Source: an uncultured Gammaproteobacteria bacterium
GTDB lineage: Bacteria; Patescibacteriota; Microgenomatia; Levybacterales; GWA1-39-11
Reading direction: 5' to 3'
NCBI GenBank assembly: GCA_964531275.1
Contig: CAZHDZ010000004.1
Span: 73,887-137,886 of the forward strand
Length of the DNA stretch: 64,000 nucleotides
Made by a program: the position numbers and the translations under genes. Below are positions 30,740 to 40,211 of this stretch, in pieces. Each line of letters opens with the position of its first letter. Positions within the stretch are counted from its first letter, which is position 1. The notes beneath the pieces were generated by a model. The model was not told the DNA's origin and made no database searches. It saw only the letters and a list, made by a program, of their open reading frames with translations.

Positions 30740-32420
30740 CAATGGGGATGACAAGAGGCTCTCTTTTCATTCTATAAAGCAGATTCTCGCTCGTTCTTTG
30801 GATTATCTTTCTATATACTCCCATATTATTACTTTTTGGAGATTTTTGACTGAGCTCAAGAAGCAGTTCTTCATTGAGCTGCTTTACAAATCCATCTTTT
30901 TCAGGGAATACAAATCCTCGAGCTATAATATCGGGCTTTGACACAACTTTTCCAGTCTCTCCCTCAATTTCAACAACCACTATCATAATTCCCTCCTCAG
31001 ATATTTTCTGGCGATCCACAAGAATAAATTTCTCCATTTCCTCACCGGTTATTTGATCGACATATACAGTGGCCAATGGAATTTTTGCACCATAGCGAAA
31101 AGCTGTTTTTGTAAAAATGACTTCCTGCCCATACTCTGGAAGTACAACGTCTTGGTCACGCATTCCAAGATCCTTCATAAGCCCTCTAAATGCGACCATG
31201 TGTCTATAATTTCCTCCGATCGGAAAAGCAAATCTAGGATAGGTAAGAGTTGCAAGAAGCTTTATGTCATTTTGAGAACCGTGTCCTGATACGTGAAATT
31301 CATCTGACATATCTGAATGGATAACACGTGCTCCTTTTTTAGCAATAGTGTCAATTAACTTATAAATATTTACTTCATTTCCCGGGATTGGATCTGCCGA
31401 GAAAATAACAGTATCGTTTTTATCTATTCGCAACGCTTTATCATTGTCATTAGCAACTCTAACGAGTGCTGATTCTTCTTGAGCTTGGCTTCCAGGAATC
31501 AAGATCATAACCTTTGAAGGGTCCATAGACATCACCTGCTGGGGTTTTACTTCCATATTTGCTGGAAGCTTTACGTATCCAAGTTGTCGACCGATATCTC
31601 GAGCTTTTATAAAAGATCTTCCCATAAAACATACTTTTCTATTAAATTTAAGTGCTCCTTCGATTGCCTGATTCATACGAGAAATATTTGAAGAGTAGGT
31701 ACTTACGAATACTCTGCCTTTTGTACGTCTAAATTCTGCTTCAAAGCTATCTGAAATCTTTCTTTCAGACTTTGAGTGACCCTCACGCTCAGCACCGAGA
31801 CAATCAGAAAGCATACAAAGAACTCCTTCTGTCCCAGTTGCAGCGATTCCATGTACATCTGAGGGCTTGCCGTCAGGAGGTGTTAGATCAAATTTATAAT
31901 CACTTCCATGATAAAAATTACCGACTGGTGTTTTTATAAATATATTAGAGGTATCCATTACGCTATGAGTTATATGAAGGAATCTGACCATAAAAGATCC
32001 CAATTTAAAGTCTTTCTTAAATTTAACCTCTACTACCCTTTGACTCAATCCAAAATCCTTTAATTTCTCGTTAGTAAATGCTGTAGTAAGAGGCGTTGCA
32101 TATATAGGAAAATCTGGCAATTGACCTATTACAAACGGTACACCACCAATATGATCTTCATGTCCATGTGTCAGAAGCAATCCAACGATTTTTTTACCTT
32201 GAGTAAGGAGCTTCTTAAGGTGGGTTATGTCGGGAATTAAAAAGTCTACTCCTGGGGTGCTTGCATCAGGAAAACCCATTCCACAATCAACAATAAGAAT
32301 GTCATTACCATAAATATATAGGTACATATTCTTGGTAACTGATCCTATTCCGCCAAGAGGAAGTATCGTTACAGAACTCTGGGGCATTGGGGGTGGCGTT
32401 ACTATAGTACTACTATCCAT
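30726..32420 (-). CDS. rnj: Ribonuclease J (metallo-beta-lactamase / beta-CASP).
   Basis: Motif HGHEDHIGG with the preceding VDCGMGFP. 564 aa, typical RNase J length. Confidence 0.9.
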   Translation of the reverse strand: MDSSTIVTPPPMPQSSVTILPLGGIGSVTKNMYLYIYGNDILIVDCGMGFPDASTPGVDFLIPDITHLKKLLTQGKKIVGLLLTHGHEDHIGGVPFVIGQLPDFPIYATPLTTAFTNEKLKDFGLSQRVVEVKFKKDFKLGSFMVRFLHITHSVMDTSNIFIKTPVGNFYHGSDYKFDLTPPDGKPSDVHGIAATGTEGVLCMLSDCLGAEREGHSKSERKISDSFEAEFRRTKGRVFVSTYSSNISRMNQAIEGALKFNRKVCFMGRSFIKARDIGRQLGYVKLPANMEVKPQQVMSMDPSKVMILIPGSQAQEESALVRVANDNDKALRIDKNDTVIFSADPIPGNEVNIYKLIDTIAKKGARVIHSDMSDEFHVSGHGSQNDIKLLATLTYPRFAFPIGGNYRHMVAFRGLMKDLGMRDQDVVLPEYGQEVIFTKTAFRYGAKIPLATVYVDQITGEEMEKFILVDRQKISEEGIMIVVVEIEGETGKVVSKPDIIARGFVFPEKDGFVKQLNEELLLELSQKSPKSNNMGVYRKIIQRTSENLLYRMKREPLVIPIVIEV

Positions 32421-32477
32421 TGATGCTTAATTATAACCTAATTAGATCAAAACTTATACTTGTATTGGAGCTCGTCC

Positions 32478-33560
32478 CTAGATACTTATGAAGCTTTTTA
32501 CGTTACTATTATTGATGATGAATTTCTGACCGTGAGGAATTTTTCCAAGCATCATGTAATAGACGGTCTTCCTAACAATTCCCTGTATTAGCCTTTGGAG
32601 TCCACGAATTCCTGGATCATATCCAAGAGGTCTTACTAATGCTTCCGGCCATACTTCATCTGCAATTTCAAATTCAGCAGGAGTAAGACCCGAATCCCTC
32701 AACACCTTAGGGAGAACATATGTTTTTCCAATAACAATTTTCTCATCATCCGTATATGAAGGCATCTGTATAATCTCAAGCCTGTCAACAACAGCGGTAG
32801 AGATATCTTTCGTATTATTGCTGGTTGCGATAAATAATACCTGAGACAGATCAACTGGAAAATCAATAAAGTGATCTGTAAATGCTTTATTTTGCAATGG
32901 ATCAAGAAGCTCTACAAGCACACCCATTATGTCTGATCTTGATTCTTCACTAACCCTATCAATTTCATCAAGAAGAATAACTGGATTTGAAGTACCCGCA
33001 CGTCTCAAGGCCTTGATCACAAAGCCGGGCTCACTATCAGAATACAACCTCGATTTTCCTCTTAATTGTGCTGCACTTCCCATGCCACCAAATGGAATTC
33101 TTTCTATTTTTCTTCCTAAAGCCTCTGCAATTGAGTATGCAATAGTTGTTTTACCAACTCCAGCAAGACCAACCAAAGACAATATTGGAGCACGCGCAAT
33201 GATATCTGACCCTGCTTGACCAGCTCGCGCTTTTGTCAAAATCATAATCGACAAAAATTCCAAAATCTGTTCTTTTACAACCTCAAGACCATAATGGTTG
33301 TGATCAAGAATTTGCTTTGCATGATTAAGGTCTAATATATCCTCTGATACCTTCCCCCACGGAATAGCTGTAATCCAGGTAATGTATCGAGAGATAGTAT
33401 CGTATTCTGTGTAAAAAGAAGGTTGATCTTTAACAACCCTAAGCCTTGCAACCATTGCGCGAGCAGAAAGATTTAGGTCCTCGGGAAGCTTTGCATTTGC
33501 AATAAGAGCATCTAATTTTGCGATTTGGCCAGCGGCATCCGGCGTTGGGGCAGTATCCAT
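32478..33560 (-). CDS. Lon-family AAA+ ATPase module without an N-domain or protease domain.
   Basis: Collinear with the Lon central region: YITWITAIPWGK, HYGLEVVKEQILEFLS, Walker A GLAGVGKTT, FGGMGSAAQLRGKSRLYSDSEPGFVIKALRRAGTSNPVILLDEIDRV, sensor region. The protein ends before any Ser-Lys protease domain. Confidence 0.7.
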   Translation of the reverse strand: MDTAPTPDAAGQIAKLDALIANAKLPEDLNLSARAMVARLRVVKDQPSFYTEYDTISRYITWITAIPWGKVSEDILDLNHAKQILDHNHYGLEVVKEQILEFLSIMILTKARAGQAGSDIIARAPILSLVGLAGVGKTTIAYSIAEALGRKIERIPFGGMGSAAQLRGKSRLYSDSEPGFVIKALRRAGTSNPVILLDEIDRVSEESRSDIMGVLVELLDPLQNKAFTDHFIDFPVDLSQVLFIATSNNTKDISTAVVDRLEIIQMPSYTDDEKIVIGKTYVLPKVLRDSGLTPAEFEIADEVWPEALVRPLGYDPGIRGLQRLIQGIVRKTVYYMMLGKIPHGQKFIINNSNVKSFISI

Positions 33561-33601
33561 ACTTTTAGTATAGCAAAATTAGGGTATAATAAGGCCACTG
33601 C

Positions 33602-34411
33602 ATGGTACTTCCCATCATTACCTCTGCCCCTCATGACGCAGACAGCTTCGGTCCTTTCTCTTCTCGTGTGAAATTAAGTCCATGGCAACTAGGTGAGTTT
33701 TCAGACAAATACACTGCTGTTACTGCATATAATCACAACGCTATAGGAAATTTAAAATCCATAGTATCAAGAGGACTTGGAAGTCTTAATCAGCCACGAG
33801 ATCTATCACTTTTTAAATTAAAAGATTTTCATGGAAATACAATTTGGAAAGATGAGGCAGAACTTTCCGAGAAAGAAAAAAAGGAATGCTTTGAAAAATA
33901 TCATGATCGCTATCACAATGATATTGAACGACTCATTAAAAGATCCAAAACTCTCGGCTTTGACAAAGTCATTTTATGGGATCATCATGATACCGGAGAT
34001 TTTGACGAGAAGACGCAAAAAAGAGATAGAAAATTGCCTGGTGAAGAAAGAACCATGCCAAAATTCATTCTTTCAAATTTTGGAATGCAGCATACAGGAG
34101 AACTGAATCCAGAGAATGAATTCACATCATGCCCACCAGAATTTATTCAGCAAGTTCAAGACTATATGGCATATGAATTTGATTTACCCCACTCTGAGGT
34201 TGAGATAAATACCTCTTACAAAGGTGGTCACATAATACAAACCTATGGAAATCCTAAAAATGACTTTGGGAATACAGTTGTTGGAATTCAGATCGAATAC
34301 AATAGAGGATTTATCATGGATCAGCGCACAAGATTACCGTATAAAGATAAATTAAAAGAATTCAATGAAAAATTTAATCGGGTAATGGAAAAGGCTTGTG
34401 GACTAATCTAG
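33602..34411 (+). CDS. Hypothetical protein, possibly N-formylglutamate amidohydrolase-like hydrolase.
   Basis: N-terminal ITSAPHDAD and WDHHDTGD metal-site-like motifs. Weak family resemblance only. Confidence 0.3.
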   Translation: MVLPIITSAPHDADSFGPFSSRVKLSPWQLGEFSDKYTAVTAYNHNAIGNLKSIVSRGLGSLNQPRDLSLFKLKDFHGNTIWKDEAELSEKEKKECFEKYHDRYHNDIERLIKRSKTLGFDKVILWDHHDTGDFDEKTQKRDRKLPGEERTMPKFILSNFGMQHTGELNPENEFTSCPPEFIQQVQDYMAYEFDLPHSEVEINTSYKGGHIIQTYGNPKNDFGNTVVGIQIEYNRGFIMDQRTRLPYKDKLKEFNEKFNRVMEKACGLI

Positions 34412-34418
34412 GATAGGC

Positions 34419-36845
34419 TTAACTTCTCCAATCGTCGCGCTTGCCGCCTTCGTAAGTTGGCTTTTTATCTACGCTACTTGTACGTCTTGCACCAAAACTT
34501 CTTCCGCCAGCTGGTCTACTAGAACCGCTTCTCGATCCACCAAATCCTCCACCAGAGCTTCTTCCTCCACCGCTAAAATCTCTTCTAGGTCCACCTGATC
34601 CACCTCTTGAGCCACCATATCCTCCGCCACTTCTTGGGGGTCCTCCACGGAATCCTCCACCTGAGCGTCCTCCACGATCTCCGCCTCTGTCTCCTCCACG
34701 GTCACCATTTCCTTCGCTTCCTTCAGGTCTCTTTGATGGTTTATCTGCATCTTCTCCAAATTTCATAGAAAGGTTAAGTCTGCCCATATCATCAATTTCC
34801 TTAACTCTAACTTTAACTTTTTGATCAAGAGCAACTACGTCTGCTGGATCTTGAACGTAATCTGTAGACATTTCAGATACATGAACAAGCCCTTCTTTGC
34901 CTGGTAGAATTTCAACAAAAGCTCCGAAGTTCATCATTCTCTTAACTGTTCCTTCATATTCCTCTCCTGGTTTTACTTCGTGAGTAAGACCTTCTATCCA
35001 TTCGACAGCTTTTCTAACTGCTTCCTCATCAACAGCTGAAATAGATACGCTTCCATCATCTTCTACATCAACTTGAGCTCCAGTTGAAGCAATAATGCTC
35101 TTTATCATTTTTCCGCCAGGTCCGATTAATCCACCGATCTTTTCAGGATCAATCTTAACCATCTTAATCTTTGGCGCAAATTCACTAACGTCTTTTCTTG
35201 ATTCAGAAATCGCCTTCATCATGACCTTTAGGATTTCAAGTCTAGCCTTTTTAGCTCGCTCAAATACTTCTGCAATCATGTCGTCAGTAAGCGCATCCTT
35301 CTTAACGTCCAATTGGATTGCTGTAATTCCGTCTTTTGTACCTGCAACTTTAAAATCCATGTCGCCTGCAAAATCTTCAAGACCGATAATATCAGTAAGT
35401 ATTTTGTACTTATCATCCAATGTCATAAGTCCGATCGCAATACCCGCAACTGGATTTGTTATAGGAACACCAGCATCCATAAGAGCAAGTGTTGATCCAC
35501 AAGCAGATGCCATAGAGGTTGATCCATTGGATGAAAGAACTTCTGACACAACTCTTATTGCATAAGGAAATACATCAAGAGGAGGAAGAACAGCTTGAAT
35601 TGCACGTTCTGCAAGTGCTCCATGACCAATTTCACGTCTATTTGGGCTTCCGATTCTTCCTGTCTCACCAACTGAGAATGGAGGGAATGTGTAATGATGC
35701 ATGTATCTGTGAGTTTCTTCACCGTCTAGAGTCTCTACGAGCTGGCTAAATGAAGATGCAGCAAGAGTTGCAATTGAAAGTACTTGTGTCTGACCTCTTG
35801 AGAAAAGAGCTGATCCATGGACTCTTGGAATGTATCCAACAGACGAGGTGATATCTCTTACTTCATCAATCTTACGTCCATCAAATCTCTTCTCTTTTTC
35901 AACGATATTTTCTCGGATTATTTTTTTGAAAACATAATCAACAGCTTCAAATATCTTCTTTTTGTCAATTGTTTCTCCCTCTTTCTTTCCTTTTGCCTCA
36001 GCCTCTGCAATAACTTCAACAATTTTTTGAAGATCTCCTGATACATTTTCTCCCAATTCACCTTCAAGAACGTCAACTATATTTTTCTTGTAAGTTTTTT
36101 CTACTAGTGTTACATAATCAGCCTTTGCTTCATCTTTAACCAAGTCGATTTTAGCAACTCCAATTTCTTTTGTTACCTCATTTATAAATTCAACAATCTT
36201 GCTTCCCCACTCTCTTGCCATTGTTACAGCACTTAAAGCAACATCTTCTGGAGTTTGTAGTGCTCCAGCCTCAACCATAAGAGTATGCCCGGTTGAGCTA
36301 GCAGTTAGAACCAAGTCAAGCGAAAGTTGATTTGCAACGTCTGGATTAGTTACCGGGGTATTTTTTTCGTCAGCTGCAAGAACTCCTACGCGCATTGCGC
36401 CAACTGGTCCGTTCCATGGAATCTTTGAGAATGAAAGTGCTGCGCTAACAGCATTAATAGCGAGAATATCAGGATCATTTACTCCATCAACAGACAGAAC
36501 GTTGACAATAACCTGGACATCTTTCTTCAGTTCTTTTGGAAATAGGGGTCGGATTGATCGGTCAATAAGTCTTCCTGTAAGAACAGCTTCGTCTGTTGGA
36601 CGTCCTTCTCTCTTAACCCATCGAGACCCTTTTATCTTTCCGCCTGCATATAAATGCTCTACGTAATCAACTGATAAAGGGAAGTAATCAAGAGTTGTAT
36701 CATTTCGACCCATGCTAACTGTTGCAAGAAGAGTAGTGTCTCCCATTCGGGCAAATACACTTGAAGTAGCAAGCTGTGCTAGCTCACCCATTTCAAAGGT
36801 CATTGTTTTACCGTTTACGTCAAACGATTTAGAAATTTTTTTCAT
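34419..36845 (-). CDS. pnp: Polynucleotide phosphorylase with a C-terminal Gly/Arg-rich (RGG) tail.
   Basis: Two RNase PH domains, a KH domain and an S1 domain (GTVKRMMNFGAFVEILPGKEGLVHVSEM). About 90-aa tail of GDRGG / RGG / SGGG repeats. Confidence 0.9.
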   Translation of the reverse strand: MKKISKSFDVNGKTMTFEMGELAQLATSSVFARMGDTTLLATVSMGRNDTTLDYFPLSVDYVEHLYAGGKIKGSRWVKREGRPTDEAVLTGRLIDRSIRPLFPKELKKDVQVIVNVLSVDGVNDPDILAINAVSAALSFSKIPWNGPVGAMRVGVLAADEKNTPVTNPDVANQLSLDLVLTASSTGHTLMVEAGALQTPEDVALSAVTMAREWGSKIVEFINEVTKEIGVAKIDLVKDEAKADYVTLVEKTYKKNIVDVLEGELGENVSGDLQKIVEVIAEAEAKGKKEGETIDKKKIFEAVDYVFKKIIRENIVEKEKRFDGRKIDEVRDITSSVGYIPRVHGSALFSRGQTQVLSIATLAASSFSQLVETLDGEETHRYMHHYTFPPFSVGETGRIGSPNRREIGHGALAERAIQAVLPPLDVFPYAIRVVSEVLSSNGSTSMASACGSTLALMDAGVPITNPVAGIAIGLMTLDDKYKILTDIIGLEDFAGDMDFKVAGTKDGITAIQLDVKKDALTDDMIAEVFERAKKARLEILKVMMKAISESRKDVSEFAPKIKMVKIDPEKIGGLIGPGGKMIKSIIASTGAQVDVEDDGSVSISAVDEEAVRKAVEWIEGLTHEVKPGEEYEGTVKRMMNFGAFVEILPGKEGLVHVSEMSTDYVQDPADVVALDQKVKVRVKEIDDMGRLNLSMKFGEDADKPSKRPEGSEGNGDRGGDRGGDRGGRSGGGFRGGPPRSGGGYGGSRGGSGGPRRDFSGGGRSSGGGFGGSRSGSSRPAGGRSFGARRTSSVDKKPTYEGGKRDDWRS

Positions 36846-36953
36846 TTATTTTTTTTATTCTTACCCCCCAACAACAAACAAGTAATTGTGGATTTATATT
36901 TCTTTACTTTGCGAGGTCAACATTCTTCGTTTCCGAAGTAAAGCAAGCTTCGC

Positions 36954-37223
36954 TTATTTTGCGAGGCCGACTTTTTTTCCTATGCCTTCAGCACGGTTTT
37001 TGTCAACTTTTACAAGGAAATTAAAAAGTCTTCTTCTCTTTGATAACATATTTAAAAGTCCGCGTCTACTGTGAAAGTCTTTTTGATGAATTTTCAAGTG
37101 ATCTGTCAATTTTGTAATCTTGTGAGTAAGTAATGCAATCTGCACTTCAGGAGATCCTGTGTCCCCTTCAATGACTGCATTGTCTTTAATAATAACTGTT
37201 TTTTCGTCGGTTGTTAACGGCAT
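36954..37223 (-). CDS. rpsO: 30S ribosomal protein S15.
   Basis: TGSPEVQIALLTHKITKLTDHLKIHQKDFHSRRGLLNMLSKRRRLFNFL matches the S15 consensus. Start taken at the internal MPLTTDEK, because the longer ORF would overlap the upstream gene. Confidence 0.85.
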   Translation of the reverse strand: MPLTTDEKTVIIKDNAVIEGDTGSPEVQIALLTHKITKLTDHLKIHQKDFHSRRGLLNMLSKRRRLFNFLVKVDKNRAEGIGKKVGLAK

Positions 37224-37259
37224 GACAAGTATTTTAACAAATATGAACCTGGAATACAA

Positions 37260-38678
37260 CTAATTGTTGTTCTTGGAGCTTTTGAAGACTTTTGGCATCA
37301 ACCAATCATCAGGTACTTCACTTGGAGAAGGGGTGTTATATTGTCCTTCTTCAGGCATTTGATCATCACGCAATGGGGCACTCATCATTGGCTCATTTAT
37401 GTTCATCGTAGGTTCATTTACGACCTGCGCGTCCTGAATTTGAGGTTCTTGATATTGATCTTCAAATTGCATTGGTTCTTGTACGGGCTGTTGATTTATC
37501 ATAGGCATTTGATTATTCACTTGCTCTTGAATTTGATTATTTACTGGTCTATTTTGGGTCTGCCTGTTCTGATTAAATTGTTGACCCCCACCAGAACGAC
37601 GAGCATTTTCATCATTAATTTTTCTCAAAAGCTCTTCTATGTCTCTTGAATTTTGCCCAAACTGTTGCTGAGGTCTTTGTTGTTGCGGCTGTTGCTGTTG
37701 CGGTTGCTGAGTAGGTCTATTTTGATTAAATTGCTGTTGAGGTCTTTGTTGTTGTGGCTGTGGTCTTTGACCAGAATTATGTCTTGGTTGTTGATTTCGA
37801 TTTTGCATATGCATTGCAGGAAAATCGTTGTCTGCTACGCGAGATTGCTGTCTATTTTGATTATGAGCAGGCCTATCCTGTTGTCTTCTGTCTTGTTGCA
37901 TTCCACCTTGAGGCTGAGCTACTTCACCCTTTCTTTGTGCTCCTACATACATAGCAGCAGATGCAGCTTCAAAGGCAAGAGGGGAAGTGTTTGGTTTTGT
38001 AAAGTTTCTCGTAGCAAATAGCACTCCGTCCAATATGTTTTGAGCTGAATCAACCTCCGCTGGCAAAGCAAGGTCTTTAATAATTTTTCCTACAATTTCA
38101 GAAAGCGAAGAAAAACTCTCATCGACAATAACAACGTCTCCAAATCGGCTATTACCTGAGAAGTTATCAATATTTACAATTTTTACACTACTAGTGTCTG
38201 TAATTTGAGAAATTTCATCAATTGTCCCAACACCAACAGCAATAAGAGCAGCAGGAGCACCCCCATCCCAAATTAGTCTTACGTCTTTTAGGTCAAAAGG
38301 CGTAATGCTTTTTCCAGGAGCAGCTGTCAAGTGAAAATTTATATTTGTTGGATTTTGAGGATCTGGATGCTCGGTGAAAAGAACTTTCTCAACCTCACCT
38401 TTGATATAGGGAAGAGATATGACTAATTTTGAATTATTTCCAGCAACAAAACCTTCTTTAACCTTATCAATTCCCACAAGCCCACTAACCTCAACAGTTG
38501 GAGATTTTTTAGATACAATCTGAATTTTTTTCCCGGCTTGAGTAAGAGTAAGATACAAACTTAAAGCGGCAGCATATGTATCAAGATTTTGATGTGAACC
38601 AATAACAATACCAAGGTCGTTTTGTTGTCCCAAAAACTCCTTTAGAAGTCCTATTTCCTGCGCAATTGACGGGTTCAT
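37260..38678 (-). CDS. DHH/NrnA-like domain protein (motifs degenerate) with a ~200-aa Gln/Pro-rich low-complexity C-terminal tail.
   Basis: Occupies the DHH-phosphoesterase slot in the nusA-infB-...-rpsO-pnp arrangement. The N-terminal ~250-aa globular region has NIDNF where the DHH motif would be. Tail is QQQRPQQQFNQNRPTQQPQQQQPQQQ... Confidence 0.35.
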   Translation of the reverse strand: MNPSIAQEIGLLKEFLGQQNDLGIVIGSHQNLDTYAAALSLYLTLTQAGKKIQIVSKKSPTVEVSGLVGIDKVKEGFVAGNNSKLVISLPYIKGEVEKVLFTEHPDPQNPTNINFHLTAAPGKSITPFDLKDVRLIWDGGAPAALIAVGVGTIDEISQITDTSSVKIVNIDNFSGNSRFGDVVIVDESFSSLSEIVGKIIKDLALPAEVDSAQNILDGVLFATRNFTKPNTSPLAFEAASAAMYVGAQRKGEVAQPQGGMQQDRRQQDRPAHNQNRQQSRVADNDFPAMHMQNRNQQPRHNSGQRPQPQQQRPQQQFNQNRPTQQPQQQQPQQQRPQQQFGQNSRDIEELLRKINDENARRSGGGQQFNQNRQTQNRPVNNQIQEQVNNQMPMINQQPVQEPMQFEDQYQEPQIQDAQVVNEPTMNINEPMMSAPLRDDQMPEEGQYNTPSPSEVPDDWLMPKVFKSSKNNN

Positions 38679-38726
38679 ATTTAATAAACTACAGGCCTAT
38701 ATTAAAGCTAATGCGATAAGTGCCAG

Positions 38727-40187
38727 CTAGTTATAGGATATTATCATATCACCTATAGTAAAGTCAACTTTTGGATCTATCATTATCCCACATTCATTCC
38801 CTTTACCAATTTCTTTTGCGTCTTTTTTTCCCTGTTTTAGTGAACTAATGCTACTTTCGGCAGATTCAACTTCACCTTTTTTAATAATAATCTTATCTCC
38901 TACAGCAAGTCTTCCCTCCGTTATTCTCACTCCTAGTATCTGGCCTTCGTTACCCTCAAATGTTGCTAAAATTTGAGCCTTTCCAAAAATCTTCCTTTGA
39001 GCACGTTCTTGAAGGAGTGCTGAAGCATCAGCAAGCTCATCTAATAGATTATAAATAATGTCATATGTGCGATAGAACGTATTATTAGATTCAGCCAAAA
39101 CCTTCGCTTGTTTTTCAATATCAACATTAAATCCAACAACGATTGCACTAAAGTCTCTTGACATAAGAATATCCGAAACCGAAATCTCTCCTCTACCCTC
39201 GAAGATGACCTGAATATCTGATGGAAGTGCAGCGCTAATAGCTTCAAATTCTCCGCTCGTTTGGGTTTTTATTATTACTGGCAATTTCTCTTCTGGCTTA
39301 CCTTTTTTCAGCATAGCTAAGAAATCAGCACCTACTTTTCTTTCAACTTGTGATGCAGCAACTGTTTCGGTTGCACTCACTGTATTTATAACACTACCTG
39401 CTGGAAGCACTTCAGTTAACCCCAATAGCTCAATAGCATCGCCTGGCAATGCTTCCTTTACTTGCTTTCCCATACTATCTATAAGAGCTCTTATTTTCCC
39501 CACCTCTTTAGCTTTCGTGAATACTTTATCTCCAACCGATATCGTTCCGTCCTTTACTATTAGTGAAGCCAAAATTCCTCTCCTTTTATCAAGTTTTGCT
39601 TCAATCACCACACCCGTAAAGGGAAGGGAAGCATCTTTTTTAGCTTCAGAAAAGTCATATACAATAACAATAAGATCTAAAAGGTCGGGTATTTTGTCTC
39701 CTGTTTTTGCACTAACGGCAATAAAAGGAACGTCTCCACCAAGTCCTTCTAAAAGAACGCCTTCTGATGCTAATTGCTGTTTTATTTTTTCAATATTTGC
39801 TCCGGGAGCATCTGCTTTAGTAAAGACAACAATAAATGGTAATTTTGAAGCTAGAATTTTCTCAATAGACTCTTTTGTTTGAGGCTTGATGCCATCATCA
39901 GAAGCAACGACTAGAAGTACAATGTCAGCGGCTGATACTCCGTGGGAGCGCATATTCGAAAATGCTTCATGACCTGGAGTATCTATAAAAGTTATATATC
40001 TCTTTTGCCCATCGTGGACAATTTCAATCTTGGATGCACCAATTGCTTGAGTAATACCTCCAGCCTCACCAGAAGCAATATTACTTTTTCTGAAAGAATC
40101 GAGCAATGTTGTCTTACCATGATCTACATGGCCAAGAACTGAAACTACAGGAGGATAGGGTATGTGTTGTGCAATATTTTTTTCCAT
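38727..40187 (-). CDS. infB: Translation initiation factor IF-2 (short form lacking the N-terminal extension).
   Basis: G-domain motifs VSVLGHVDHGKTTLLD, DTPGHEAF, TKAD. Followed by beta-barrel domains. Confidence 0.9.
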   Translation of the reverse strand: MEKNIAQHIPYPPVVSVLGHVDHGKTTLLDSFRKSNIASGEAGGITQAIGASKIEIVHDGQKRYITFIDTPGHEAFSNMRSHGVSAADIVLLVVASDDGIKPQTKESIEKILASKLPFIVVFTKADAPGANIEKIKQQLASEGVLLEGLGGDVPFIAVSAKTGDKIPDLLDLIVIVYDFSEAKKDASLPFTGVVIEAKLDKRRGILASLIVKDGTISVGDKVFTKAKEVGKIRALIDSMGKQVKEALPGDAIELLGLTEVLPAGSVINTVSATETVAASQVERKVGADFLAMLKKGKPEEKLPVIIKTQTSGEFEAISAALPSDIQVIFEGRGEISVSDILMSRDFSAIVVGFNVDIEKQAKVLAESNNTFYRTYDIIYNLLDELADASALLQERAQRKIFGKAQILATFEGNEGQILGVRITEGRLAVGDKIIIKKGEVESAESSISSLKQGKKDAKEIGKGNECGIMIDPKVDFTIGDMIISYN

Positions 40188-40211
40188 AGGTAAGAAGTGA
40201 TAACTATCATA

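Noticed and set aside
34469-34759. 96-aa alternative-frame ORF within the PNPase tail region.
   Set aside because: Same-strand overlapping frame inside a repetitive GGN/CGN-rich region. It is the frame artefact of the RGG tail. It does mean the tail should be checked for frameshift errors.
37341-38021. Plus-strand ORFs (102, 122, 66 aa) inside the DHH-like gene.
   Set aside because: Leu/Arg-rich translations of the antisense strand of the CAG/CAA-rich low-complexity region. No independent support.
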